A stretch of 64,000 bases of DNA from Candidatus Aenigmatarchaeota archaeon (GTDB taxonomy: Archaea; Aenigmatarchaeota; Aenigmatarchaeia; PWEA01; JACQIF01), in assembly GCA_016432325.1 (NCBI GenBank), contig CP066684.1, forward strand, positions 810,770-874,769. Direction: 5' to 3'. How positions within the stretch are numbered: the first letter of the stretch is position 1; each line of letters opens with the position of its first letter. Positions 28,433-38,987 of this stretch are shown in pieces. Under the pieces are notes generated by a model. It was not told the origin of the DNA and did no database searches. It saw only the letters and a program-made list of their open reading frames with translations. The translations under genes were made by a program, and so were the position numbers.

Positions 28433-29239
28433 TCACTCCTCTTTCTTCGAATGCCGATCATTCGAAGTTTTCGAATCCTGCGATTCGATAGTCTCTGCTT
28501 TGCTGAAGTCTTCGTCCTCCTGTTCTTCGACGCGTGCTTCCTTGCCTTCGGAGACACGGACATATATCTCCTTGAAAGGCTCCTCCTGCTCGAGCGTGAC
28601 GCGGCCGTCGTTGCTCATGTGCAGCACGCCGAGGAGCGATTGAACGATTTCGCGGCGCTCCCATTTCGTGACGAGCGACGAGAAGGGCATCGTGCCTGAC
28701 TTGAGCTGTTCGACCGTCTCGGAGATGCGCGCGTAAAGCTCGTTTATCTTTTTGGTGACGTCGAAACCCTCGTCCGCTACGACCTCTTCCACGCGCTCGC
28801 GCGCCCGCTCGACCTTCACTTCCCTGCGCTCCTGCGTGCTGAAGGCCTTTTCCAGCGCGCTCACCAGCTCGTCCAGCGTGACGCGTCTTGTCGGAACGCG
28901 CTTGGCCGGAACCTGCAGTTCTGGCACCTTCGTTATGTCTATCGGCGGGCCCTGCGCTGCCGCGGCAGCGTTCCTCTGTTCCTCCTCCCACATGAGCACC
29001 TCGGCTTTCATGTGCAGAAGCACGGCAGCGATCATTATCAGGCGCGCGGGGACCTTGAACTCCAAAACGCCTGCTTTCGTTACGTAAACGCGAAACGCGT
29101 CGGCGAGCTTGACGACGTCCACGTCCCACGGGTCCATTCCTTCTTCTCTTATAACGTATTCCAGAACCTCCTCCCAGGACGCTTCCTTGGACGCCAGGTC
29201 CACTATGCCGGCCTCGTCTATCGTTGAATCCACCTGCAC
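28433..29239 (-). CDS. scpA: Kleisin ScpA
   Basis: MDPWDVDV, RRVTLDELV, LEQEEPF. Confidence 0.9.
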   Translation of the reverse strand: MQVDSTIDEAGIVDLASKEASWEEVLEYVIREEGMDPWDVDVVKLADAFRVYVTKAGVLEFKVPARLIMIAAVLLHMKAEVLMWEEEQRNAAAAAQGPPIDITKVPELQVPAKRVPTRRVTLDELVSALEKAFSTQERREVKVERARERVEEVVADEGFDVTKKINELYARISETVEQLKSGTMPFSSLVTKWERREIVQSLLGVLHMSNDGRVTLEQEEPFKEIYVRVSEGKEARVEEQEDEDFSKAETIESQDSKTSNDRHSKKEE

Positions 29240-29283
29240 AGCTTGGGGACCGAAATTATATATCCGCGAGACTCATTGCACCC

Positions 29284-29733
29284 ATGGGCAAAGGCCTGAG
29301 CGAACTCGTATCCGCAGTTCTGATACTGGCCTTTGCCATAGCCATAGCCGTCATCGTTTCCACGTTTTCCACCGGTTTCGCCAGGGAGAGCATAGGAAAA
29401 ACCCACATCGAAGGCGAGCGGACGGCAGACTGCAACGGCGCCGGTCTGGACATACTGGCCGACAGCATTGCTTCCAGCGGCACGACGCTCTTCGTTACGG
29501 TTAAAAACACCGGCCTGCCGGACCTGACAAACGTTGACTTCGTCTACCGCAATACGACAGACTCGGCCTACCTGACAGTGGACATCAATGAAACGGTAGC
29601 TTCGGGCCAGATAAAGACGCTCCAGATAAAAGGCATAAGCAGCCCCATAAACCGCATAATAATGACGACCGGCTGTCCAGGGATAACGGACACGGTGGAA
29701 AACGTTTCCGGAACATTCGAGCCCGTGACCTGA
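29284..29733 (+). CDS. Archaeal type IV pilin-like protein
   Basis: MGKG/LSELVSAVLI class III signal; Cys pair. Confidence 0.85.
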   Translation: MGKGLSELVSAVLILAFAIAIAVIVSTFSTGFARESIGKTHIEGERTADCNGAGLDILADSIASSGTTLFVTVKNTGLPDLTNVDFVYRNTTDSAYLTVDINETVASGQIKTLQIKGISSPINRIIMTTGCPGITDTVENVSGTFEPVT

Positions 29734-29768
29734 AAAATACTTATATAGGCTGTCAGATATCTCTTTGC

Positions 29769-30257
29769 ATGCACGGTAAAGGCATCAGCCCTCTCATAGC
29801 GACCATCCTGCTCGTGGCGCTGGTGGTGGCCATAGCGGCCCTCTCGTCCCAGTTCGTCATAAACTTCCAGCAGGAGAGACAATCGGAGATAGAAAGCAAA
29901 GGGTCGCAGAGGTGCACCTTCACGGCCTTCGTCATAGATCCGGACAGCGTCTCCTACACGCCGGGCACCACGACGCTTTTGGTGACTGTGAGAAACACGG
30001 GCTCCGAGGACATCATAATCAAGGACATCGTGTACTCCAATACCACTTCCAGAATCCGCGAGGTGGCCGTAGCCACGAAGAGGAGGGACTACGGCACGAT
30101 AAACGCCACGTACCCGCTCAAGCCGGGCCAAGTGGAGACCATACAGAACACGACCGTCGGTTCGAGACCCGAGGAGATAACGGTCACGACAGACTGTCCG
30201 GCGGCGACAGACACCGTGCTGAACGACACGACCACAAACAAGTTCAAGAGGATTTAG
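29769..30257 (+). CDS. Archaeal type IV pilin-like protein
   Basis: MHGKG/ISPLIATILL; VRNTG; paralog of the previous gene. Confidence 0.88.
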   Translation: MHGKGISPLIATILLVALVVAIAALSSQFVINFQQERQSEIESKGSQRCTFTAFVIDPDSVSYTPGTTTLLVTVRNTGSEDIIIKDIVYSNTTSRIREVAVATKRRDYGTINATYPLKPGQVETIQNTTVGSRPEEITVTTDCPAATDTVLNDTTTNKFKRI

Positions 30258-30291
30258 TCCAGTTCGCAGGCAGTTTACGGATACGTGCCGT

Positions 30292-32745
30292 TCAGTTGGT
30301 TGGCAGTTCTATCGCAACAGCCTTCGAAACGCCGTCTTCCATTGATATGCCGTACACGCGATCTGCGAGGCGTATCGTAAGGTCGTTGTGCGTTATGAGT
30401 ATGAACTGGGCGGCGTTCGAATACTTCTTTATCAGCTCCGCGACCTTCTTGCTGTTCCTCTTGTCCAGAGCCGCGTCTATCTCGTCCAGCACGTAGAACG
30501 GAGCGGGCTTGTACATCTGCACGGCGAACAGGAACGCCAGCGCGGTCATCGTCTTCTCGCCGCCTGACATCGCGTCCAGGTGCAGCTCGCGCTTGCCCTC
30601 GGGCCGCGCCTTTATGAGAAGGCCGGAGCGTATGTCGGTGGCGGCCTCCAGTTCTATCGCGGCCTCGCCTCCGTTGAGGTCTGCGAATATCTGGCTGAAG
30701 TGCGTTGCAATCGCGCCGAAGGTCTCCATGAAGGCCTGCACGCGCTTGGCTTCCACGGACGCGGCCATCTCCAGAACGGCCGCCTTCTCGTTCTCTATGA
30801 TGCCAACCTTCTTGCTGAGGTCCTCGTAGACCTGCTTGTGAAGCTCGTAGTCTTCTATGGCCTTGAGGTTGACCGCTCCGATTCGGTTGAGGCGTTCGAG
30901 GACGCGCTTCTTGTTGTTCTCCAGAACCTCTATTGTCCCTTCCGTATAGAAGTCGTTCTTCTCGAAGAATTCTACGAACGCCTCTTTCTCCACGTTGAGG
31001 TTGCCTATCTCCACCTCGTATTTCGCGCGTTCGACGCTCATCCTGCCCATCTCGTTTTGCACGGCGAGCATCCTGTTGAAAGCCTCGTCGCGCTTCGCGC
31101 GCAGCGCGTCGATGCCGTCCAGGGTCTCCTTGAGCTTCTTCTCGAACTCGTTCTGCGTTAGTGTCGTGCGCTCCCTTTCGGCGAGTTCCTTGAGCTGTTT
31201 TTGAAGACGCGCGACGTCGGCTTCGAGGGTTTCCACCTGAGCCGCGAGCTCCTGCTTCTGTTTGGCGTAGCGGTTGCTCTCGTCGTCCCGCTTCCGCAGG
31301 AAGCCGCCTGTCATGGCGCCGCTCTTCTGCACGAGCTCTCCCTCAAGAGTAACCATGCGCGCGGCGCCGATGTGCCTGCGCGCCGTCTGAAGAGTGTCGA
31401 CGACGACCGTCTCGCCAAAGACGTGGCGGAACGCGGTTTCATACTTTGAGTCGTACTCGACAAGATTCAACGCGAAGTCTATTACTCCTTCATTGCCTAT
31501 CAACGCCTTCGCATCCTTGCCGCGTTCGCGCACGTCGAGCTTGTTGAGAGGCAGGAACGTCGCGCGGCCTACTCGCGCGCCCTTCAGATGCTCTATGCAT
31601 TCCTGTGCCGTCGCGTCGGTGTCGACGATGACGTCGTGCAGAGCGTTTCCTGCGGCGATTTCAACGGCGGTCCTGTACTGCTGGTCCGTCTTCATGAGTC
31701 CGGATACTGTCCCGTGCACGCCTTTCTTGCCCAGCGCGAGCACGGCCTTGGCGACGAAGTTGTCAGACACGACCGCCAACTCGTCGAGGCGCGCGATTTC
31801 GCGCTTCGCGTATTCGATTCTGTCCAGCTTTCGTTCCATTTCCCCTCGCAGGGACGCCAGTTTTTCTATGGCTTCCCTGTTGCCGGCGCGCATGGCCAGA
31901 GCGGTCGCCGTCCTCTCCTCCTTCTGCAGCTCGCCGACCTCTTTGTCGATTACGCCGATTTCCGCTTGTACGGTATCAACCTTTTCCTTCTCATTGCCTA
32001 TGCGTTCGTTCACGTTCGTCAGGCGTTCACTGAAGAAGTCCAGCCGTCGTTTGGTCATCGAGGCGCGAATCTTGCGCAGGTCGTTTTCCAGAGTCCGGTA
32101 CTCGCGCGCCAGCTCATCCTCCTTCTTCAGGTTCTCCAGAATCTTCCTCTTCTCGTTCAGGATGATGTGGGCCTCCTTGAGCTTCCCGTCGACCTTCGCT
32201 ATTTCCTGCTCGGCTTTGAGTTTCTTGTCGTCGAACTCGGCTATGCCGGAAATCTCGTCTATTATCTGCCTGCGTTCGAGGGGGTTCATTTCGATTAGGT
32301 TCGTGATGTCTCCCTGCAGGATGATGTTGTGGCCGTCTGCGTAGATTCCTGCGTTGGCCAACACGTCGACGACGCGCCTGCGGTTCACTGTCTCGTCGTT
32401 TATCCTGTATACGGACACGCCTGACGCGTTCACCTTTCTGGTGACCTTTATCTCCGGTGGTTCGCCGGGAATCGTTCCGTCCGTGTTGTCGACGTAGAGC
32501 GAGACGGCGGCATACTTGGAACCCTCGCGCTTGCGGCCGCCCTTGAAGACGAGGTCTTCCAGCTTGCCCGCGCGTATGGTTTTCGCGGAGCGGATTCCAA
32601 GAACGAACACCACGGCGTCAAGAACGTTAGATTTGCCAGAGCCGTTAGGACCGCAGATTGCGTTGAAGCCGGAAGGGAATGGCAGGACAGTGCGGTTCGC
32701 AAACGACTTGAAGCCCTGCATTACGATGCGGTCTATGCGTACCAC
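30292..32745 (-). CDS. smc: SMC ATPase with short arms (817 aa)
   Basis: GPNGSGKSN, hinge GRATFLPL/GAMTGG, MSGGEK, LDEIDAALD. Confidence 0.95.
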   Translation of the reverse strand: MVRIDRIVMQGFKSFANRTVLPFPSGFNAICGPNGSGKSNVLDAVVFVLGIRSAKTIRAGKLEDLVFKGGRKREGSKYAAVSLYVDNTDGTIPGEPPEIKVTRKVNASGVSVYRINDETVNRRRVVDVLANAGIYADGHNIILQGDITNLIEMNPLERRQIIDEISGIAEFDDKKLKAEQEIAKVDGKLKEAHIILNEKRKILENLKKEDELAREYRTLENDLRKIRASMTKRRLDFFSERLTNVNERIGNEKEKVDTVQAEIGVIDKEVGELQKEERTATALAMRAGNREAIEKLASLRGEMERKLDRIEYAKREIARLDELAVVSDNFVAKAVLALGKKGVHGTVSGLMKTDQQYRTAVEIAAGNALHDVIVDTDATAQECIEHLKGARVGRATFLPLNKLDVRERGKDAKALIGNEGVIDFALNLVEYDSKYETAFRHVFGETVVVDTLQTARRHIGAARMVTLEGELVQKSGAMTGGFLRKRDDESNRYAKQKQELAAQVETLEADVARLQKQLKELAERERTTLTQNEFEKKLKETLDGIDALRAKRDEAFNRMLAVQNEMGRMSVERAKYEVEIGNLNVEKEAFVEFFEKNDFYTEGTIEVLENNKKRVLERLNRIGAVNLKAIEDYELHKQVYEDLSKKVGIIENEKAAVLEMAASVEAKRVQAFMETFGAIATHFSQIFADLNGGEAAIELEAATDIRSGLLIKARPEGKRELHLDAMSGGEKTMTALAFLFAVQMYKPAPFYVLDEIDAALDKRNSKKVAELIKKYSNAAQFILITHNDLTIRLADRVYGISMEDGVSKAVAIELPTN

Positions 32746-32798
32746 TTACAGGTCACCTCTTAGCGCACTGAGCCGTAAGTATGAAACAGCAGTTTCAT
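32744..32798. repeat. Hairpin module A abutting the smc start
   Basis: ACTTAC..GTAAGT ATGAAAC-agca-GTTTCAT. Confidence 0.75.
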
Positions 32799-32869
32799 GC
32801 ATGAATGGAGTCCCCGATAGAATACGCGCCCTAACCTATAAAATCGCGTGGAACGGCGTTCCAGAACGC

Positions 32870-33523
32870 TCAAACCAGCACGACGTTGTTCCGAGTGTCC
32901 TTGCCTTCCCCGAATGCCATATTGTATCTTGCGCGGTCCAGATTGGTGACCATCACCCTCGATATATTGGGATCCGCTGTTACTGCCACGAGTGCCCTCT
33001 TGTCGAGCCCTTGATCGGCGTGATTCTTGTATGGCGTGAAACGCTCTATGGTGAGTGTCGTTTCCCTTATCGACGGTCGCATTGTTGCAGGAGTGCCGGC
33101 TTCGCTCTGGACAAGATACTGTATTCTGTCGTCTGTGAAATCCGCGTAGAAAAGTATTCTTGTACGGCCCGGGAAACTGTCCTCACAGCCGTTGGAGTTC
33201 ACGCCTTTCATTGTGATAGACGCCATCTTTGGGACCCGTGCTTCCCTTTGCATGCCACGAAGTTCGACCAACAAGTCGTCACCTGTCAGCGCGACCGTGT
33301 ACAGATCGGGCTTCCCTTTCAGCGACCTGTCGAACACTTCTGTGAAGCCTGCCACGTTTGGAAGCCTGAGATGCGAGAGCTGCGCGTCTGCCGCCTTCAT
33401 CATATCTGCGAATCCGCTCTTGTCGACGAACCTCTCTTCAGTCCCGATGTATTTTATCATCGACTCCGCTTGCGCACCAAGCTTTATATGCCTTACGGGG
33501 CGGCGCGAGGTAAGCTTAAACAT
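32870..33523 (-). CDS. Orphan hypothetical protein
   Basis: ~217-aa ORF; start uncertain. Confidence 0.6.
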   Translation of the reverse strand: MFKLTSRRPVRHIKLGAQAESMIKYIGTEERFVDKSGFADMMKAADAQLSHLRLPNVAGFTEVFDRSLKGKPDLYTVALTGDDLLVELRGMQREARVPKMASITMKGVNSNGCEDSFPGRTRILFYADFTDDRIQYLVQSEAGTPATMRPSIRETTLTIERFTPYKNHADQGLDKRALVAVTADPNISRVMVTNLDRARYNMAFGEGKDTRNNVVLV

Positions 33524-33593
33524 CGGTTTAAGCCTTTCGTTTCGCAAGCCGATGCCGAACACCCTTTATCTATTTGTTCCGCGAGTTCGTTCT

Positions 33594-34412
33594 ATGCCAG
33601 CAAACTTCGGATATGCATACGGCAAGGCCGAGGCCCTCTACAAAGCGGCCAAGACGCGCGAAGAGAAGATAGCGGCTCTGGAAGAGATGATAACAGCTTG
33701 CCCGAAGCACAAGGGAACAGAGAACCTGCTCGCCACGCTGAAATCGAAGCTCGCCAAGATGAGGGAGCAGAAGGAGACGAAGACGGCGAGGAAGAGCGTC
33801 ACCGTAAAAAAAGAGGGCGAGGCGCAGATATGCATGCTCGGCCTGCCGAACTCGGGCAAGAGCACGCTGCTCGCGCGCCTCACGGGCGCGAAGCCCCGCG
33901 TCGCGGACTTCGAATACACGACCACGCGACCCGAGGTCGGCATGCTGGAACACAATGACGTGATGCTGCAGCTCGTCGAGATTCCTTCCACATGGACGCC
34001 CGAGCTCCTGTCGATAGCCAGAAACTGCGACGCACTCGTGCTGCTCGTTGACGAACGAAAGGACAGGCGCATGCAAGAAAAGGAACTTCAGGACCTCGCA
34101 GAAAAACTGAAGGCCAAGAATTCCATCGTTGTTAAAAACAACGACGATCCGGAAGAGATAAAACGAAGAATATGGATGGCGCTCGACCGCATACACGTCT
34201 ATACCAAGACTCCCGGAAAGCCGAGGGACGTGCCTGCGATAACGTTTTCAAAGGGCGTAACAGTGCGCGACGTCGCCCAACGCGTCCACAAGGAGTTCGT
34301 CTCGCGCTTCAGGTTCGCGAGAATCTACGGCCCGTCTGCGCGTTTCGCGGGACAGACCGTGGGCATGGACCACGTTCTGAAGGACGGAGACGTCGTGGAG
34401 ATTCACGCGTAA
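33594..34412 (+). CDS. OBG/DRG-like GTPase with TGS domain (compact)
   Basis: PKHKGTE, GLPNSGKS, YTTTRP, HVLKDGDVVEIH. Confidence 0.88.
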   Translation: MPANFGYAYGKAEALYKAAKTREEKIAALEEMITACPKHKGTENLLATLKSKLAKMREQKETKTARKSVTVKKEGEAQICMLGLPNSGKSTLLARLTGAKPRVADFEYTTTRPEVGMLEHNDVMLQLVEIPSTWTPELLSIARNCDALVLLVDERKDRRMQEKELQDLAEKLKAKNSIVVKNNDDPEEIKRRIWMALDRIHVYTKTPGKPRDVPAITFSKGVTVRDVAQRVHKEFVSRFRFARIYGPSARFAGQTVGMDHVLKDGDVVEIHA

Positions 34413-34442
34413 GATAAATACTTTCGCCTCGCAAATAACCGC

Positions 34443-34775
34443 ATGCCCGAGCTACAAACGGTAGACAAGGCGAAAGTGCGTGCGTTCGTTTCTGACACCC
34501 TCTACGGGCTCGCTGCTCTCGAGATTGACCAGACCGAAGAGATGAGGAGAAACCTGAGAGAGAACGGGAGACGCGCCATAGAGGAGATGAAAAACGGAGA
34601 TATACAAGACGTTCTGCCTTCCGATGCCATGCTCGACGGCATCAATGCCCACTACGGAAGGCTGGATAAACTATACGACGTTCTCGATGGAGGGGAAGAA
34701 CCAGACCCCCGAGAAGTCAAGGAAATCCGTGAAGGAATTCACAGCTTCATCCGCAGACTCCACAAGTACACCTGA
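34443..34775 (+). CDS. Orphan helical protein
   Basis: 110-aa ORF with AT box upstream. Confidence 0.6.
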   Translation: MPELQTVDKAKVRAFVSDTLYGLAALEIDQTEEMRRNLRENGRRAIEEMKNGDIQDVLPSDAMLDGINAHYGRLDKLYDVLDGGEEPDPREVKEIREGIHSFIRRLHKYT

Positions 34776-34805
34776 TTTATATCGTCTGTCGACCAAAAGT
34801 GTGAT

Positions 34806-35096
34806 ATGAGCTTCCACGAAGCGCTGATTCCGAACGCGACCACGCCACTGGCCAGCATACCGACTCTCGTCACGTTCGCTGTTTTCCTGGTGATAATCTA
34901 CTTCGTCTACAAGGGGGTAAAGCTCGGCATTCACCTGCTCATCATGGCCGCTCTGGGCGGGCTGTTTCCCGTTGTCGCGAACCAGTATCTGGGGTTCAAC
35001 CTGCCTGTCACGATTCAGACGATAGGATTCTACGCGGCTGTGACTGCGTTTGTCTATCTGGTCGCCCACTTCGGAAGGAAGCTGGTCGGGAAGTAA
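34806..35096 (+). CDS. Small 3-TM membrane protein
   Basis: Hydropathy pattern. Confidence 0.7.
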   Translation: MSFHEALIPNATTPLASIPTLVTFAVFLVIIYFVYKGVKLGIHLLIMAALGGLFPVVANQYLGFNLPVTIQTIGFYAAVTAFVYLVAHFGRKLVGK

Positions 35097-35137
35097 TCAG
35101 GAAACCTTCTGTTTCAACTGTCCGCTCTTAGCGGCCC

Positions 35138-35794
35138 TCAAGAAACAACCGTCGCATAGTCCTTTCCTGAAACAAGAACGCGACGAACCTTTCCGTTTAT
35201 CTCCAAAGCCTCGCCGAGTGTTACGTTTCCCAGAAAGTAGTCTATGTCCAAAGGTTCGTCCGTGAGCGTCAGCGAGACCTTGCCCTGCAGTTGAACGTTG
35301 CCAGTGAGGGGCGACGTCTTGAACTTCTTTGCTTCTGTGCCGTAAGCGCCAAAGGATGTGAGGGGCAGCCCGGACGCCTTCACCTTGACGGATGTGCGTC
35401 CTGTGTCAAGCGCGACTCCGTTGACGCGCACGCGGTTTGCGGAGCCGTCCAGCGTGATTTTCATCTCGTCCACCCGCAGCGTGCCGGCATAGTTTTCTAC
35501 CGTAACGTCCGCCCCGTTTTCAGCGTCGACGCGCACGCCGTTGACCGTTATGTCTCCGGCATCGTACGCGAGCGTCAGGGAAGAGACAGGCGACCCGCTC
35601 AGGTCGAGGGGAGCGCGCGCGAACGAGCCAACTACAGTGACGTTACGGGCGATCTGCCCGTCTGAGAATACGTCCCGTGTTGTGTCTGCGAATCCCCCTA
35701 TGTCAGAAGGCGAGGCGCCGAGCTGGTTCATTATGCCGAAGGCGAGAAGGGCCAGGCCGACGAGGACTGCAGCGAAGATGTGCCAACGGGCCAT
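35138..35794 (-). CDS. Membrane-anchored beta-rich extracellular protein
   Basis: N-terminal hydrophobic helix MARWHIFAAVLVGLALL. Confidence 0.7.
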   Translation of the reverse strand: MARWHIFAAVLVGLALLAFGIMNQLGASPSDIGGFADTTRDVFSDGQIARNVTVVGSFARAPLDLSGSPVSSLTLAYDAGDITVNGVRVDAENGADVTVENYAGTLRVDEMKITLDGSANRVRVNGVALDTGRTSVKVKASGLPLTSFGAYGTEAKKFKTSPLTGNVQLQGKVSLTLTDEPLDIDYFLGNVTLGEALEINGKVRRVLVSGKDYATVVS

Positions 35795-35836
35795 ACGACC
35801 ACAAAGACTAAATACCCCGGCTCGATATTTAAGCAT

Positions 35837-36493
35837 ATGATCGATGTCGTCCTGATTCAGCCCGAACAGCCCGGGAACATAGGCGCTGTGGCGCGGGCCA
35901 TGAAAAATTTCGGTTTTCAGGCGCTCGTTCTGGTGGACCCATGCGAGCTGACGGACGAAACGCGCGCCCAAGCGAAGCACGCATACGACGTCATAAAGAA
36001 CGCGCGCATCCTGAGGAAATTCGAGCCGAAGAAGTACGATTACGTCATAGGAACCACGGGGATAATGGGCGAAGGCCGGCCGTGCGTCACGCCTGAAGAG
36101 CTGAAGGCGCTCGTCCCGGGAGGCAAAGTAGCGCTTGTATTCGGCAACGAGGGAAGAGGCCTTTCGCGGCACGATATGGAGGCGTGCGACGTGCTGGTGC
36201 ACATACCGACGTCAGATGCGTACGCAGTGATGAACCTCTCGCACGCCGCGGCGATAGTGCTATACGAGCTCTCGGGGGCCCATGGTAAAGAGGTATCGGG
36301 ACGGAAAGAGAGGCGCGAACTGGAGAAGGCCTTTATAAACATCCTTGATAATTTAGGGTATCGGAAAAAGGAGGACGCGGCCCGTGCGTTCGGACGTCTT
36401 GTGAACAGGGCTCCGCCGCGACAGGACGAGGCTTCGACGCTGGTCGGGGTTTTGAAGCGCATAGAGAAAACGCTCAACGGTGAACGGTTATGA
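35837..36493 (+). CDS. trmJ: TrmJ/SpoU tRNA 2'-O-methyltransferase
   Basis: PGNIGAVARAMKNFG, FGNEGRGL, MNLSHA. Confidence 0.9.
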   Translation: MIDVVLIQPEQPGNIGAVARAMKNFGFQALVLVDPCELTDETRAQAKHAYDVIKNARILRKFEPKKYDYVIGTTGIMGEGRPCVTPEELKALVPGGKVALVFGNEGRGLSRHDMEACDVLVHIPTSDAYAVMNLSHAAAIVLYELSGAHGKEVSGRKERRELEKAFINILDNLGYRKKEDAARAFGRLVNRAPPRQDEASTLVGVLKRIEKTLNGERL

Positions 36494-37686
36494 TGTACGC
36501 ACAGATACCGACAGGAGACACCCTGTTGCAGGTATTCTGGTTCGTCTTTTTCATCGGAATGTTCTTCTTCTACCCGCGGCTGCTGCTCTCCCAGACCATC
36601 TGGAAGATGGAGAAGGACCTCGCGGACCTCGAGAAGATGACCTCCGAATCGGTGAGGGCGCTGGCCAGAAAGATGAAGAAAGATTCGGACTCCAAGACGG
36701 TCGCGGAGATAACGGCCTTCCTCGACTTCTTCGCCCAGCCGCCTGTCGACATTGACCCGCGGGGAATAATGGCGAAGCTCGGAAAAACTATCAAGGAGCA
36801 GTTCGATTCGTTCACGGTCTTCGTCGAAGAGCATGCGGACGCCAAGGGCGTCGTCGAAAGGCGCAACCTCGAGGCGGCGCTGATAAACACGACAGGAGGC
36901 CACCAGATAGCGAAGGTCGTCCGCCACTATCTCGAAATCGTCAAGAAGTACAAGAATCTCCAGATCGCCATCATCATCCAGATGCAGATGCCCATGATAC
37001 GGGACATCGCGGAGGCCGTCTCCAAATCCGTCAAGAGCCTTCTCGAGGGCGAGCCTGTCGGGGACGGAATCGGTCCGCTGGTCGTGGCGGAGATGATAGG
37101 GCCGTCGCACTACAAACACTTCAAGAACACGCAGATGGTCTACGCCGTCAAGAAAATGGACGGCAGGCGCGTCGTCTTCGTAAAGGCGGACGGTCCCGGA
37201 GCCGCCATAGGATACCCCGGAGAAGCGCTCGTGCCCCTGATAAAGAGATACAGGCCGTCGAGGCTGTTGACAGTGGACGCGGCCCAGAAGATGGAAGGTG
37301 AAACCACAGGCGCGGTCGCCGAAGGCGTTGGTGTCGTGATGGGCCCGATAGGAATCGTCCAGCGATTCGAAATCGAAGAGATCGCGACACGCATGAACAT
37401 CCCGATAGACGCTCTCATAATCAAGATGAAGGCCGAGGAGAGCATGTACACGATGAGCAAAGAGGTTTACGAATCCGTTCCAACCGTCACCGCTCTCGCC
37501 AAGAGAAAACTGCAGCGACTGCCTCGCGGACGCACGCTCATGGTTCTTGGCGTCGGGAACACGGTGGGCGTGGGCAACAACAAGAAGGAGCTGCGCGAAA
37601 CCGAGACGCTTCTCAAGAAAGGCTTCAAGAAGCTTGCCAAGGAGGAAGCCGAACGCAAGAAAGAGAAGCGATTCTGGGAAAAGTAG
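36490..37686 (+). CDS. DUF1512 family protein
   Basis: PVDIDPRGI, PVGDGIGPLV, TVDAAQKMEGE, GVGNTVGVG. Confidence 0.82.
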   Translation: MMYAQIPTGDTLLQVFWFVFFIGMFFFYPRLLLSQTIWKMEKDLADLEKMTSESVRALARKMKKDSDSKTVAEITAFLDFFAQPPVDIDPRGIMAKLGKTIKEQFDSFTVFVEEHADAKGVVERRNLEAALINTTGGHQIAKVVRHYLEIVKKYKNLQIAIIIQMQMPMIRDIAEAVSKSVKSLLEGEPVGDGIGPLVVAEMIGPSHYKHFKNTQMVYAVKKMDGRRVVFVKADGPGAAIGYPGEALVPLIKRYRPSRLLTVDAAQKMEGETTGAVAEGVGVVMGPIGIVQRFEIEEIATRMNIPIDALIIKMKAEESMYTMSKEVYESVPTVTALAKRKLQRLPRGRTLMVLGVGNTVGVGNNKKELRETETLLKKGFKKLAKEEAERKKEKRFWEK

Positions 37687-37728
37687 CCCGACGATAAGCA
37701 TAATAAACGAACTTCTGCAACGAATGCC

Positions 37729-38406
37729 ATGCGCATCACCTACGGCCTGATTATAGCCAACGTGCTGGCGTTCGTCGCGCTGGGGACGTTCGATCCTGTC
37801 CAGCAGCGCGCGCTTCTGGAAACCTTCGCGTTCTCCGGCCAGAACTTTCTGGGCGGCAGGCCGTGGACCGTATTGACTTCCATGTTCCTCCACGGCTCGC
37901 TCGTCCATATAGCGCTCAACATGCTCGCCCTGTTCTTCTTCGGCCACGCGCTTGAGCGCGAGGTTCGCTCGTCGGAGTACGCTCTAATCTACTTCGGCGG
38001 CGGCATTGCAGGGAACCTTCTTTCCCTTCTCGTGTTCCCCGCAGACCAGCTGTCCATCGGCGCGTCCGGCGCCATCTTCGCGCTTATAGGAGCCGCGATG
38101 CTGGTCAAGCCGTTCGATTTCGTGGCGTTCCCGTGGGTCGTCCCTGTGCCGATAATCTTCATCGGCGTAGTGATGATAGTGTCTAACGTACTTCTGTTCA
38201 TCGCGCCTCCTGCAGGCAGCGACGTCTCGTTCGCGGCGCACGTCGGAGGCCTCTTCGCCGGTCTGGCCTATGGATTGCACAAGCGCGGATTCGTAAAAGG
38301 AGCGTTGCTCTTAGCGGCAGGCCTCGTACTGTTCCTCTTGCTCTATAACGTTCTTGGGGGGTTGAACGTTCTGGACTACACCCGTTTCCTCGGGGCGCCG
38401 GGCTAG
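37729..38406 (+). CDS. Rhomboid intramembrane serine protease
   Basis: TSMFLH, HIALNM, IGASG, AHVGG. Confidence 0.92.
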   Translation: MRITYGLIIANVLAFVALGTFDPVQQRALLETFAFSGQNFLGGRPWTVLTSMFLHGSLVHIALNMLALFFFGHALEREVRSSEYALIYFGGGIAGNLLSLLVFPADQLSIGASGAIFALIGAAMLVKPFDFVAFPWVVPVPIIFIGVVMIVSNVLLFIAPPAGSDVSFAAHVGGLFAGLAYGLHKRGFVKGALLLAAGLVLFLLLYNVLGGLNVLDYTRFLGAPG

Positions 38407-38945
38407 ATTTCTTCCCTGCCGAAAATGGATTTGGGCATGTCAGGCAGCGTTTCCACTCTCCCCTCGGCTAGTTCCTGAGTCAGCTTGGTCTCGCCCAGAA
38501 GCTCCAGAACAGAACAAAATTCGTAGTTTACTATGCCTCTCGGTTTCAGCTCATCGGACGCTCCTGCGATCTTCAGAGCGACCTTCTTGCTCAGTGCGGA
38601 AGCCGCGGCGCAGTAACCGGCAAACGTTTGCGGGTCTATCCCGTTTGAAGACCAGAACGCGAACCGTTCGCGCTCGGCATCCCACTCGGCGTGCGCGCGG
38701 ACGCGTCCCTGCTTGTCGTAGGCGAGAACTTCGGCAAGCCTGCCCGGCCCTGTCGCAACACCGCGGGCAGGCACGACAAAGAGCTTCAGTCCATCTTCGA
38801 AATCCACTTCGGCGGCCCGCCGGCCGTTAGAATGCAGCCTGTAATCTTCTATCGGCTCCGGTTTTGCGTATTCCGTTATAGCACCCGGGACTAAGTTTTT
38901 GTCGAGCGCGGATATATACGTCGCTTCAGGACGCGCCGCAAACAA
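38403..38945 (-). CDS. Orphan hypothetical protein
   Basis: 180-aa ORF; TTG start uncertain. Confidence 0.5.
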   Translation of the reverse strand: MFAARPEATYISALDKNLVPGAITEYAKPEPIEDYRLHSNGRRAAEVDFEDGLKLFVVPARGVATGPGRLAEVLAYDKQGRVRAHAEWDAERERFAFWSSNGIDPQTFAGYCAAASALSKKVALKIAGASDELKPRGIVNYEFCSVLELLGETKLTQELAEGRVETLPDMPKSIFGREEI

Positions 38946-38987
38946 ACGTTCACTTCGTTCTTTGCTGAAGCTTTTTCACAAAAAGCT

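Noticed and set aside
36040-37947. Long antisense or alternate-frame ORFs (also 586-1812, 25214-26554, 32516-33958, 58327-59274, 60385-61245)
   Set aside because: Shadows of well-supported genes caused by GC3-biased codon usage; no motifs of their own.
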